Positions 18,342-28,018 are shown, counted from the first letter of the stretch. The stretch is 34,818 nucleotides of DNA from Candidatus Allobutyricicoccus pentlandensis (GCA_904398645.1 CAJFPH010000088.1:1-34818); one strand, 5' to 3'. Numbers and translations: made by a program. The notes: a model not told the origin generated them from the letters alone.

Positions 18342-20270
18342 CTATATAAGCTCCATAATCTTTGCGCTGCGCGCAAGGAAGGCCGTCATATCCGCAGCAG
18401 CAAGCGGCTGTTGCGCAATACGGGCAAGATCATAAATATGCGCGGCAAGCAGCTCTGCACGATCCGGACTGGATACAGCGAGCGACGCCAGTTTGGCATA
18501 AAGCGGATGCGCACTATTTAACACCAGCGTACGCTCCTCCGGAAACATCTGCTCAACGTTCTCCATCCCTCCGAACATCCGCGCCATTTCCTGCATGCGG
18601 CGGCTCTCCTCAGAGAGAACCAGTACAGCGGGCGCACTGCCGGAAGCAAGACGCGAGGTCTTAACGGATTTTACGCCGGCGTGACCTGTAAACAGTTTCT
18701 CCACCTTTTCAGCATCTGCTGTACTCTCCTCACTTTTTTCCAATTCACTCAAATCAGAGTCAATACGGCGGAATTTTACGCCGGGATTTTTAGCCTCCAG
18801 GAACGTAATAAAATGGTTATCAAGTACATGCTGCAAAAGAACTGCTTCAATGCCGTTTTCACGGAACATTGCAATATATTGTGCCTGTACATTCTCATCC
18901 GTCGCATAGTAAACAATCTTTCTCGGCTTGGCGTTTGTCTCATTTTCATGTTCATGATCATGAGCACCGTCACAGGAAGCGTTCCCGTCTTGGCCGCCAC
19001 CGCCAGAAGCGCCGTCTTCATGCGTATTCTCCGGCATGGCCAGGTATTCATCCACGGTCTTATACGTGCCGTCAAGCAGCTTAAATACCAGCGCAGGCTT
19101 GACCCGCTCATAGAACTTTTCGTCACGCAAACAGGCATACTTGACAAACGGATTGATATCATCCCAATACTCGTTATAGCGCTCACGGTCGTTTTTGAAG
19201 AGTGAGAGCAGACGGTCGGCAACTTTGCGTGTAATATGCTGGGAAAGACGTGTGACGGTACCGTCGTTTTGTAAAAAGCTGCGCGAGACATTTAAGGGCA
19301 AATCCGGACAATCAATACAGCCTTTTAAAAGCAGCAGGTATTCCGGAATAACCTCTTTGATATTATCTGCCACAAACACGCGCGAGCAGTAGAGTTTTAC
19401 CTGTCCCTCAACAGATTCAAATTCATTTTTCAGCTTTGGGAAGTAAAGGATTCCCTTTAAGCGGAACGGGTAATCGATATTGAGGTGCACCCAGAAGAGC
19501 GGATCGGCAGGATCCGGAAAAACACGATGATAAAATTCCCGGTACTCGTCGTCCGTGCAGTCAGAGGGATTTTTCTCCCAGAGCGGCGGCGTATCGTTGA
19601 TTGGTTTTTCTTCTGTTGTGATTTCCGTACCTGCATCCTCCAGGTAAATCGGCGTGGGCAAAAACCGGAAGTATTTCATCAGCACATCGCGCACGGCCCA
19701 ACGGTCGGTGTATTCTGTGGAATCCTCGTCAAGTTCCAGCGTCACACACGTGCCCCGCGCGGTACGTTCCGAGCGCTCCAACGTATAGGCAGAACCGCCC
19801 TCGCTCGACCAGGTGACGGCTTCCGCGCCCTCCTGCCAGGAAAGCGTATCAATCGTCACACGTTTTGCCGCCATAAAGGCAGAGTAAAATCCCAGCCCGA
19901 AGTGCCCAATGATTTGCGCATCTTCGGAAGAATCCTTATATTTTTCAAGAAAATCTTTTGCGCCGGAGAAAGCAACCTGATTAATGTATTTACGTACCTC
20001 TTCGGCAGTCATGCCAATTCCGTTGTCTTCAAAGGACAATGTACCGGCAGAAGCATCGCATCGCACCGTAATGCGATACGGCGTCTCGTCAGCCGGAGCC
20101 TCGGAAAGCGAAACGAGCCGCGCATGCTTGGCAATTGCATCCGAGCAGTTCGACACCAGTTCGCGGATAAAGATATCTTTTTCCGAGTACAGCCACTTTT
20201 TGATAATCGGCAACATATTTTCCGCTGAAATTGAAATATCGCCTGACTCAAAGCGTTTGTTTTCGTCCAT
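18342..20270 (-). CDS. htpG: Molecular chaperone HtpG (Hsp90)
   Basis: 'IFIRELVSNCSDA', 'DNGIGMT', 'IGHFGLGFYSAFM', 'DLPLNVSR'. Confidence 0.96.
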   Translation of the reverse strand: MDENKRFESGDISISAENMLPIIKKWLYSEKDIFIRELVSNCSDAIAKHARLVSLSEAPADETPYRITVRCDASAGTLSFEDNGIGMTAEEVRKYINQVAFSGAKDFLEKYKDSSEDAQIIGHFGLGFYSAFMAAKRVTIDTLSWQEGAEAVTWSSEGGSAYTLERSERTARGTCVTLELDEDSTEYTDRWAVRDVLMKYFRFLPTPIYLEDAGTEITTEEKPINDTPPLWEKNPSDCTDDEYREFYHRVFPDPADPLFWVHLNIDYPFRLKGILYFPKLKNEFESVEGQVKLYCSRVFVADNIKEVIPEYLLLLKGCIDCPDLPLNVSRSFLQNDGTVTRLSQHITRKVADRLLSLFKNDRERYNEYWDDINPFVKYACLRDEKFYERVKPALVFKLLDGTYKTVDEYLAMPENTHEDGASGGGGQDGNASCDGAHDHEHENETNAKPRKIVYYATDENVQAQYIAMFRENGIEAVLLQHVLDNHFITFLEAKNPGVKFRRIDSDLSELEKSEESTADAEKVEKLFTGHAGVKSVKTSRLASGSAPAVLVLSEESRRMQEMARMFGGMENVEQMFPEERTLVLNSAHPLYAKLASLAVSSPDRAELLAAHIYDLARIAQQPLAAADMTAFLARSAKIMELI

Positions 20271-20381
20271 TCCTTCCTGCTTCCTTTCCTTTTGATGTGA
20301 TATGAAAAACGCGGCGTGATTGTGACCGCGCTCAATTTATAACAGTTCCCCCCGTCCAGAGGCGCCTATGCCCAAAAAGTT

Positions 20382-21215
20382 CTAACGGCGTAATGCCTCA
20401 TAAACGGCATTACGCGCAACGCCGAACGTTTCCGCCGCATATCGCGCGGCATCGCGTACAGATACTCCTGTTTCCACTTTCCTGCGCGCGGCGTCTAAAG
20501 CCGCGGCAAACGCATCCGCCGCGTCTTCCGAAGAAATTTCCGGCGCTCCGTCAACAACCAGCACAAACTCTCCGCGCGGAGGCGTTTCGCGATAATGTGC
20601 AAGCGCATCTGCGACGGTTGTTCGATTGCCTTCCTCATGCGCCTTGGTTAGCTCACGTGCAATGAACAGTCCGCGCTCTCCGCCAAACACACTTAAAAAG
20701 TCTTCCAGTGTCGCAATCAATTTGTGCGGCGCCTCATAAAAAATCATCGGACGGCGCTCCAGGCGCAAAGAATCCAGATGTTCCCGGCGGCTGCGGCGAT
20801 TCACTGAGAGAAAGCCCTCAAATGTAAAACGCGTACTTTCAAGGCCTGCAAGAGAAAAGGCAGCTATGAGCGCACATGGGCCAGGTACCGTTACAACAGG
20901 GATTCCAGCCTCCCGGCACTGCGCAACGAGCATGCCGCCCGGGTCGGATACGACCGGCGTACCGGCGTCTGTAGTCAGCGCGCAGTCTTCTCCGGAAAGG
21001 ATGCGACGCACAATTTCCTCGCCACGTTCACGGCGATTGTGTTCATAATAGCTGACTAAGGGCTTCGAAATAGCAAAGTGCGACAAAAGCCGCATCGCCA
21101 CACGCGTATCCTCCGCCGCGATAAAGTCACAGGCACGCAGCGTTTCGAGCGCACGAGCCGTGATGTCGCCCAGATTTCCGATAGGCGTTGAGACAATATA
21201 TAAAGTTCCGGACAT
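20382..21215 (-). CDS. rsmI: 16S rRNA (cytidine1402-2'-O)-methyltransferase
   Basis: ATG 21215 after GGAGG; 'LYIVSTPIGNLGDIT', 'AAEDTR', 'DAGTPVVSDPG', 'FYEAPHKL', 'ARELTKAHEE', 'RGEFVLVV'. Confidence 0.95.
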   Translation of the reverse strand: MSGTLYIVSTPIGNLGDITARALETLRACDFIAAEDTRVAMRLLSHFAISKPLVSYYEHNRRERGEEIVRRILSGEDCALTTDAGTPVVSDPGGMLVAQCREAGIPVVTVPGPCALIAAFSLAGLESTRFTFEGFLSVNRRSRREHLDSLRLERRPMIFYEAPHKLIATLEDFLSVFGGERGLFIARELTKAHEEGNRTTVADALAHYRETPPRGEFVLVVDGAPEISSEDAADAFAAALDAARRKVETGVSVRDAARYAAETFGVARNAVYEALRR

Positions 21216-21231
21216 AACGTATCCTCCGGCG

Positions 21232-23817
21232 TCACGGCAGGCGTTCGGCCATGATTTTGAGTTCATATAAAAGATTTAGTGCAGCCACAGGCGTTAAAGA
21301 ATCAAGGTCGGTTTCACGAATGCGTTCAACGACCTCAAACGCGCCAAGATCGGCGAGACTTGCCTGCTCGCGCGGTTTCGCCGCACCGCGGACTTTCACT
21401 TCCTCGCCGCGTTCCAGCGATTTCAAAATCTGTTTCGCGCGACGAATCACTTCATCCGGCACACCGGCGAGCTTCGCGACTTCAATCCCATAGGAATCAT
21501 CCGCACCGCCTGCAATCATACGGTGCAGGAATGTGATCTCATCGCCGCGCTTGCGTACGGCAGTGGACATGTTGACGACGCCGCGCAATTGATCAGCAAG
21601 TTCGGTTAGCTCATGATAGTGCGTAGCGAACATGGTCCGTGCGCCAATCTCGCGAACAACGTGCTCCAATACCGCGCGCGCGATACTCATGCCATCATAC
21701 GTGGAGGTGCCGCGGCCAATTTCATCCAGAATAATCAGGCTCTTTTTCGTTGCGCCCGAGAGAATGTCCGCCACCTCGCTCATTTCCACCATAAAAGTAG
21801 ACTGCCCGCCGGACAGGTCGTCCGATGCGCCGATACGCGTAAAAATCCGATCGCATACGCCGATATGTGCGGATTTTGCCGGCACAAAACTTCCAATCTG
21901 CGCCATCAACGCAATAATGGCGGTCTGACGCATATAGGTAGACTTTCCCGCCATATTCGGTCCCGTGATCAGCACCGCCATACGGTCTCCACAGTTGAGA
22001 TGCGTATCGTTTGGCACAAACCCTGCAGCGTACTGCTCTACAACCGGATGGCGGCCATCCGTAATGTCAAGCGCGTCGGAAAGATCCACCTCGGGCATGA
22101 CGTACCCATTATCAACCGCAACGCGTGCCAGCGATGCCGTGACGTCGAGCGCCGAGACAGCCGACGCCGTACGGCGTACGCGTGGAGCTTCCGCAGCTAT
22201 GCGTTCACGCAGTTTGCAGAAAATTTCATATTCCAGATTGTTTGCCCGGTCCTGTGCGCCCAGGACACGGCCTTCAAGCTGCTTCAACTCTTCCGTAACA
22301 TAGCGTTCTGCATTGGTCAACGTCTGACGGCGTATGTAATCATCAGGCACAAGATGCTGATAAGACGGCGTGACCTCAATATAATAGCCGAACACCTTAT
22401 TATAACCAACTTTCAGGTTTTTAATCCCGGTACGTTCGCGTTCCCGGTTTTGTATGGTTGCAATAACGTCTCTTCCATCCGTCGCGTCCCCGCGCAGGGC
22501 GTCCAGTTCTTCGCTATATCCGGCACGAATCAGCTTTCCTTCCGTAACGGCAACCGGCAAATCGTCGCAGAGCGTCTGATCGATCCACGCCCGCAAGTCT
22601 GCAAGTTCATCAATGCCGTCTGCAATTTCCCGCATAGACTCACCAGGCAATGCCGTCACGATCTCATGCAGAGCAGGAAGCCGCGCTGCCGTCGCCGACA
22701 AGGCGCGCAAATCACGCGCATTGGCCGTACCGCATACGACGCGGCTGATGAGCCGTTCCAGATCCGAAACGCCGCGCAGGGCATCCTCGCATTCGGAGAG
22801 CGCCACCGCGTCGTCATGCAGCGCCGCAACGGCGTTTAGCCGGCGCCGTATCGCCGCAGGGTTTAATAACGGCTGCTCCAGCCGGCGCCGCAAAAGCCGC
22901 GCTCCCATTGACGTGGACGTATGGTCAAGCACCCACAAAAGCGACCCCTGTTTTTCGTGCGTACGCAGGGTTTCAAAAAGCTCCAGATTTGTGCGCGCCA
23001 TGTGATCAACCGTCATATAAAGCTCCGGTTCATATACCTCCGGCGTTTTCAATTGTTCCAGGGTGCTCTTCTGCGTTTCAAACAGATAGGAAAGGAGGCC
23101 GCCCATTGCCCGGCAAATACGCATGTCCGAGAGAAGGTTTCCCGAGTCCGGGAAACGTTCAGAAACGCTTCTCTGAGACGGTTCCTCTGCAAAACGCCAT
23201 TCGCCGCCCTCTTCAACCGCACAGCCGAGTTTTTTTTCAAGAAAGTCCACAAGCGCCTTCTCCGAATAGGCGGCGTCTGACAGCACGGCCTCACGCGGAG
23301 CGTAACGGCCGCATTCGTTGATAACAGACTCCATTTCCGAGCGCCCTGCCGGAATTGCTGCGGAATAGGATTCACCCGTTGAAATATCGCAGAAGGAGAG
23401 CCCGGTACCCGTGGAGTCCCGATAAACCGCGCAGATAAAATTGTTCGTATCCTCTCGGAGCATGGAGGACTCCGTCAAGGTGCCCGGCGTAATCACACGC
23501 ACCACTTCGCGGGAGACCAAGCCCTTTGCCTTCGCAGGATCCTCCGTCTGTTCGCAGATCGCCACCTTGTATCCACGCGCAATCAAACGCGCGACATACG
23601 CTTCATAGCTGTGAAACGGCACGCCGCACATCGGCGCACGTTCGGACGTACCTACGTTTTTGCCCGTCAGCGTCAGATCGAGCACACGCGAGGCGACGAG
23701 CGCATCGTCGAAGAACATCTCGTAAAAATCGCCAAGGCGGTAGAAAAGGATTTTATCCTTGTGCTGATTTTTAATTTCAAAGTATTGCCGCATCATGGGG
23801 GTTACGGCTTCAGGCAT
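21232..23817 (-). CDS. mutS: DNA mismatch repair protein MutS
   Basis: ATG 23817 after GGAGGTG; 'TPMMRQY', 'GDFYEMF', Walker A 'TGPNMAGKST', 'STFMVEM', 'DEIGRGTST', 'ATHYHEL', 'SYGIEVAKLAG'. Confidence 0.97.
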   Translation of the reverse strand: MPEAVTPMMRQYFEIKNQHKDKILFYRLGDFYEMFFDDALVASRVLDLTLTGKNVGTSERAPMCGVPFHSYEAYVARLIARGYKVAICEQTEDPAKAKGLVSREVVRVITPGTLTESSMLREDTNNFICAVYRDSTGTGLSFCDISTGESYSAAIPAGRSEMESVINECGRYAPREAVLSDAAYSEKALVDFLEKKLGCAVEEGGEWRFAEEPSQRSVSERFPDSGNLLSDMRICRAMGGLLSYLFETQKSTLEQLKTPEVYEPELYMTVDHMARTNLELFETLRTHEKQGSLLWVLDHTSTSMGARLLRRRLEQPLLNPAAIRRRLNAVAALHDDAVALSECEDALRGVSDLERLISRVVCGTANARDLRALSATAARLPALHEIVTALPGESMREIADGIDELADLRAWIDQTLCDDLPVAVTEGKLIRAGYSEELDALRGDATDGRDVIATIQNRERERTGIKNLKVGYNKVFGYYIEVTPSYQHLVPDDYIRRQTLTNAERYVTEELKQLEGRVLGAQDRANNLEYEIFCKLRERIAAEAPRVRRTASAVSALDVTASLARVAVDNGYVMPEVDLSDALDITDGRHPVVEQYAAGFVPNDTHLNCGDRMAVLITGPNMAGKSTYMRQTAIIALMAQIGSFVPAKSAHIGVCDRIFTRIGASDDLSGGQSTFMVEMSEVADILSGATKKSLIILDEIGRGTSTYDGMSIARAVLEHVVREIGARTMFATHYHELTELADQLRGVVNMSTAVRKRGDEITFLHRMIAGGADDSYGIEVAKLAGVPDEVIRRAKQILKSLERGEEVKVRGAAKPREQASLADLGAFEVVERIRETDLDSLTPVAALNLLYELKIMAERLP

Positions 23818-25252
23818 TGCATCCACCTCCAACATCCGTTGCATACAACGCCCACGGACTGCAGCGTTCGACGCGCGCGGTTACAAACTGTCCCAGAACA
23901 CGGCGGTCGGACTTCAGATAGACCGGACGGCCGCCGTCCGTACGCGCCGAGACGGGATAGTCCGCAACCCGGCTTTCGCCTTCGGCGAGTACGCGCACAG
24001 TCTTACCCACATATTCTTCATGAAGCGCCTGGCTTATGGCATTTTGTACTTCGAGCAGACGCTCAAAACGTTCCTGTACAACTTCATGCGGCGTGTCGTC
24101 CGGCATTTCTGCCGCGGGCGTTCCCTTGCGCGCAGAGAACTGAAAGGTAAACAGCGAGTGATAGCGCACCTTTTTTACCAGGTCGAGCGTGCCGAGAAAA
24201 TCCTCTTCCTTCTCGCCGGGAAAACCCACAATGATATCGCTTGTAAAGGCAATATTGGGGATTTTTTTACGTGCATAGGCAACAAGCGAAAGATAGTCCG
24301 CCACAGTATAATGCCGGTTCATAAGCTTTAAAATCCGGTCGGACCCGGACTGAACGGGCAAGTGAAGCTGGGGTGCCGCTTTTTCGTGCGAGGCAATCGT
24401 ATCGATCAACTTATGCGTCGCATCCTTTGGATGGCTTGTCATAAAACGCACGATAAACTCTCCGGGAAGGTCGCAGACTTGTGAGAGAAGGTCGGAAAAA
24501 TCCCATCCAAAATCAGAATCACGGCCGTAGGAATTGACATTTTGCCCAAGCAGGTTGATTTCACGGCAGCCCGCGGCCAGAAGCGTGCGCACCTCGTCCA
24601 GCACGTCCTCCGGGCGGCGGCTGCGTTCACGTCCGCGCACGTAGGGGACAATGCAATAGGAACAGAAATTATTACAACCATACATGATACTGACCCAGCC
24701 GCGAATATTGTCTTTGCGCAGCACAGGAAGGCCCTCGGCAATATGACCGTCCTCATTTTCAATGTCAAACACGCGATGATTCTCGACGAGCTTTGTATAG
24801 AACATTTCCGGCAAACGCCACAGGGCATGCGTACCGAAAACAATATCGACATACGGAAAGCTGCGCTTTAATCTGGCAGACATGTTCTCCTGCTGCGGCA
24901 TACAGCCGCCAACGGCGATTATCATATCCGGACGCGCCCGTTTATAATGCGAAAGTGCGCCGACATTTCCGAGTACACGCATCTCCGCATGTTCGCGCAC
25001 GGCACAGGTATTAATGACGACGGCGTCTGCTTCCCGCTCATCCGGCGCCATGGCGTATCCCATCTGTACGAGCATTCCGCGCATACGTTCTGCATCCGCC
25101 TCATTTTGCTGGCAGCCGTAGCAATCGACAAACGCCGTCCGCTGCCGTCCTGTCTCAGCACGGTATAAATCGTTCATCCGCGCAACGCGCGCCATAAAAT
25201 GTTCCTGGCGGTCAAGCGCCTCACGCGGGACAAAGACATCTTTCTTTTCCAT
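23810..25252 (-). CDS. miaB: tRNA (N6-isopentenyl-A37-C2)-methylthiotransferase
   Basis: 'YGCQQNEAD', 'NTCAVRE', radical SAM 'GCNNFCSYC', 'GQNVNSYG', 'TSHPKD', 'DIIVGFPGE', C-terminal TRAM domain. Confidence 0.95.
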   Translation of the reverse strand: MEKKDVFVPREALDRQEHFMARVARMNDLYRAETGRQRTAFVDCYGCQQNEADAERMRGMLVQMGYAMAPDEREADAVVINTCAVREHAEMRVLGNVGALSHYKRARPDMIIAVGGCMPQQENMSARLKRSFPYVDIVFGTHALWRLPEMFYTKLVENHRVFDIENEDGHIAEGLPVLRKDNIRGWVSIMYGCNNFCSYCIVPYVRGRERSRRPEDVLDEVRTLLAAGCREINLLGQNVNSYGRDSDFGWDFSDLLSQVCDLPGEFIVRFMTSHPKDATHKLIDTIASHEKAAPQLHLPVQSGSDRILKLMNRHYTVADYLSLVAYARKKIPNIAFTSDIIVGFPGEKEEDFLGTLDLVKKVRYHSLFTFQFSARKGTPAAEMPDDTPHEVVQERFERLLEVQNAISQALHEEYVGKTVRVLAEGESRVADYPVSARTDGGRPVYLKSDRRVLGQFVTARVERCSPWALYATDVGGGCNA

Positions 25253-25278
25253 GCAATCTCCTAATAAGATAATATCAT

Positions 25279-25307
25279 ATTATAGCACGAAACTGCATTT
25301 TTTTCAA
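25279..25307 (-). promoter_or_regulatory. Sigma-A promoter of the miaB-mutS-rsmI unit
   Basis: Minus strand TTGAAA-N17-TATAAT with extended TG. Confidence 0.75.
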
Positions 25308-25375
25308 GATTCCGACTCTATGCCGGTTATTTTTCTTGATCGGGGAAAAACTTTTGGTAAGATAGATATATGCCC

Positions 25376-25406
25376 TTGACTTTGACGTCGCGTCATAGCC
25401 TATACT
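25376..25406 (+). promoter_or_regulatory. MerR-type promoter/operator (19-bp spacer with dyad)
   Basis: TTGACT-N19-TATACT with the dyad TGACG-TCG-CGTCA (25383-25395) inside the spacer. Confidence 0.85.
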
Positions 25407-25429
25407 TAATATACGGAGGAGATGATACC

Positions 25430-26419
25430 ATGAAATATACGACGATCAGCCAGGTGTCTCGCGGTTTCAACGTTTCAACCCGTACCCTGCGATACTATGA
25501 GGAGCTTGGCCTTTTAAAAAGTGCACGGCGGGAAAATTATGCATACCGCGTATATGACGAAGAGGCCGTAGCCCGCCTGCGTCAGATTCTGCTGCTGCGT
25601 TGTCTTCGCATTCCACTACGCCATATCGCTGAATTACTTCAGAATCGGGATACAGCCCTGGCCGTCGAGATTTTTCAGGAAAACATCGCGCACTTAGAGC
25701 GCGAAATTCATGCATTAGAGACAATCCGGCATGCAACAACCGTACTCTGCGAACAAATCCAGGCACGCGCAGGAACGTCGCTTAAACCGGAATTGTTGAC
25801 AGAAGAGGATCTTCTTGGCATTTCAGAGTTTTCATCTCTTTCAAGATCAAACCGTAGGGGGACACTGACTATGAATGACCTGACGCATGCAAATGATGCA
25901 CTGACCCGATTTGAAAACACACGAATCATTTACGTCCCGCCCGCAACCGTTGCGGCATTTCAGAGCGGGGGACCGGAGCCGGAAGATGTGGCGGGCGCGG
26001 CGATCAACCGGTTTATCGTGACGGAAAATCTTTTTGCACGTAAGCCGGATTACCGACTTTTTGGTTTTAATAACCCAAGCCCTACACAGGAAAGCGAGGC
26101 ACATGGATATGAGTTCTGGGTGACGGTCCCGGATGATATGGAAGTGCCGCCTCCTTATGAGAAAAAACGGATGCCGGGCGGACTTTACGCCGCACATTGC
26201 ATCCGAATGGGAAATTTTGAAGAATGGGGACCGTTTTGGCAGTGGATACAAAAAAACGACGTATGCGCGTACGAAGAACGCGAACCGCATGGGATGTGCG
26301 GTTCCTTAGAGGAACACTTGAATCCACAAACAGCCTACACAGGGCTCACACCGGAAACCTGTGAAATGGCAGAGTTCCGGCAACTTGATCTACTGGTACC
26401 GGTCAGGTTGAAACGGTAA
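25430..26419 (+). CDS. MerR-family regulator with C-terminal GyrI-like effector-binding domain
   Basis: ATG 25430 after GGAGGAG; 'TISQVSRGFNVSTRTLRYYEELGLL..YRVY'; coiled coil; C-terminal 'RLFGFNNP..YEFWVTVP..MPGGLYAAH'. Confidence 0.9.
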   Translation: MKYTTISQVSRGFNVSTRTLRYYEELGLLKSARRENYAYRVYDEEAVARLRQILLLRCLRIPLRHIAELLQNRDTALAVEIFQENIAHLEREIHALETIRHATTVLCEQIQARAGTSLKPELLTEEDLLGISEFSSLSRSNRRGTLTMNDLTHANDALTRFENTRIIYVPPATVAAFQSGGPEPEDVAGAAINRFIVTENLFARKPDYRLFGFNNPSPTQESEAHGYEFWVTVPDDMEVPPPYEKKRMPGGLYAAHCIRMGNFEEWGPFWQWIQKNDVCAYEEREPHGMCGSLEEHLNPQTAYTGLTPETCEMAEFRQLDLLVPVRLKR

Positions 26420-26437
26420 GCTGCGGCGCAGCGGAAA

Positions 26438-26487
26438 GCGGGCAAACTGCACCCGTCCACCTGGAGGAGGGACGGCGGTTTGCCCGC
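26438..26487. terminator. GC-rich hairpin between the convergent merR and SDR genes
   Basis: GCGGGCAAACTGC...GCGGTTTGCCCGC with an inner CCGTCC/GGACGG stem. Confidence 0.6.
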
Positions 26488-26497
26488 AAACTGTTTT

Positions 26498-27256
26498 TTA
26501 TACTTTGGAAATTTGCATGATGAGGTTGTGCGGCAAAAGTTTTGCCAGGACACGGTAAAGCTTAAAGAGCGCAAGCGGCGTGTACTGCCCGCTTCCCTTC
26601 TCGCAGCGGTGCAGAGAAACCTCTGCCACTCGTGCGGGCTCGCAGCGCGGCAAACGGGCAAACGCACGGCTATTGCCCAAAATATTTCCTATCTTTAAAA
26701 ATTCCGTATCCATCGGGCAGGGGTTGACTGCCAAAACATTAATCCCTCGCGGCGAAAGTTCCGCACGCAGGCCCTTTGCAAGGCTGGAAACATACGCCTT
26801 TGTGGAAGAATAAACCGTCATACGCGGAGTCGGCGCAAAAGACGCAATTGAGCTGATCAAGATCATTCCACTGCCGCGCGGCATATAGGGAACTGTCAAT
26901 GCAGTGAGTACGGTCAAAGCGCGGATATTGACGTCGCACATAGAAACATCATCCTGCACATCGACTTTTTCATAGTCTCCAAGAAAGCCAAGACCCGCAC
27001 AGCCAACAAACAGACAGACTTGCGGACGTTCCGCTTCCAGCAGCATCCGGTATTCTTCAAAACTCACCGAATCCGCAAGATCCAGAGAAACACAGCGGAC
27101 GTGGCAACCGTTAATTTTCTTTTCCAACGCACGCAATCTTTCGGTACGCCGTGCGATGAGCCAAAGCTCATCAAGACCGCCGGCATACGCGCCAGCCCGG
27201 CATGCAAACTCTGCGCCGAGACCCGACGACGCACCTGTAATAATGCCAACTTTCAT
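26498..27256 (-). CDS. Short-chain dehydrogenase/reductase (SDR)
   Basis: ATG 27256 after AAGGAG; 'ITGASSGLG', catalytic 'SSIAS' and 'YSSTK', 'PCPMDTEF'. Confidence 0.92.
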   Translation of the reverse strand: MKVGIITGASSGLGAEFACRAGAYAGGLDELWLIARRTERLRALEKKINGCHVRCVSLDLADSVSFEEYRMLLEAERPQVCLFVGCAGLGFLGDYEKVDVQDDVSMCDVNIRALTVLTALTVPYMPRGSGMILISSIASFAPTPRMTVYSSTKAYVSSLAKGLRAELSPRGINVLAVNPCPMDTEFLKIGNILGNSRAFARLPRCEPARVAEVSLHRCEKGSGQYTPLALFKLYRVLAKLLPHNLIMQISKV

Positions 27257-27269
27257 ATTCCGTACTCCT

Positions 27270-27827
27270 TTATTCAACGAAAAACTCGAGATAGTCAACC
27301 GCTCCATTTCGGATACCACAGGCAAATACACAGCCCTCGCTGGAGTATTCCACAAGCAGGGGCGTGCGCCCATCATAGAAAATCACGCCATAGTCCCCGC
27401 CCGTTTCATAAGTGCCGTAAAGCAGGCGGTAATGTGCGCCGTCCGGGCTCGTATACATCGTATCGTCGCCCGCAGAGGCAAAAAGCGGAATCAACTCCTC
27501 AATCTTCATACCGATGGTAACGCCACGCGGTGCCTCAAGCGCAGTATCGTACAGGCAGACATAGTAAACATAACCGCTTGCCGCTTCTGCCCGGAATGAA
27601 TTTTTTCCATAAATAAACTCATTGGCACTCAGGCCCTGAAAACTTGTGATATTTTCTTCATCGGGTTCGCCATAGGTATCGAAAATTTCCGACTCTGTCA
27701 GCGCAAAGATATGGGCAAGCTCTTCAAAGGAAAATTCCGCAGCGTCCGCTTCAACCGGGAGATATGTGCAGGAAGAGAACAGCAGTAAAAAAAGCGCCGT
27801 CATGGCAAAAGAAAAGGTCTTACGCAT
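27270..27827 (-). CDS. Hypothetical acidic lipoprotein
   Basis: ATG 27827 after GGAGGT; signal peptide with lipobox LLFSS-C; 185 aa; stop 13 nt upstream of the SDR start. Confidence 0.75.
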   Translation of the reverse strand: MRKTFSFAMTALFLLLFSSCTYLPVEADAAEFSFEELAHIFALTESEIFDTYGEPDEENITSFQGLSANEFIYGKNSFRAEAASGYVYYVCLYDTALEAPRGVTIGMKIEELIPLFASAGDDTMYTSPDGAHYRLLYGTYETGGDYGVIFYDGRTPLLVEYSSEGCVFACGIRNGAVDYLEFFVE

Positions 27828-27887
27828 GGTTACCTCCAATCGTGGTCTATATGCCGGTTTGTTTTGCAACAAATACCGTTTGACGGC

Positions 27888-27896
27888 ATTATAGCA
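27888..27896 (-). promoter_or_regulatory. Extended -10 promoter of the lipoprotein-SDR pair
   Basis: Minus strand TGCTATAAT about 60 nt upstream of the start. Confidence 0.5.
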
Positions 27897-27984
27897 CATT
27901 TGCCTATCGTTTTTCATGGTATGTCTGTAAAATATCTGTATCTTCCAATACCGTATTGTTTTTACCCGTCTCCCGTATGGACGT

Positions 27985-28018
27985 AAAGAGAGCCGCATAC
28001 GAAATGCGGCCCTTTTTT
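27985..28018 (-). terminator. Probable terminator of the P-type ATPase-like gene
   Basis: GCCGCAT-N5-ATGCGGC hairpin with A/T-rich flanks just after the stop codon. Confidence 0.6.

Noticed and set aside
20271-20381. CIRCE or CtsR heat-shock operator upstream of htpG
   Set aside because: No TTAGCACTC-N9-GAGTGCTAA or GTCAAA-type direct repeat is visible.
21613-22839. 408-aa + strand ORF (and similar ORFs opposite htpG, the response regulator and the ATPase)
   Set aside because: Antisense to well-conserved genes; expected from codon bias, with no protein-like features.
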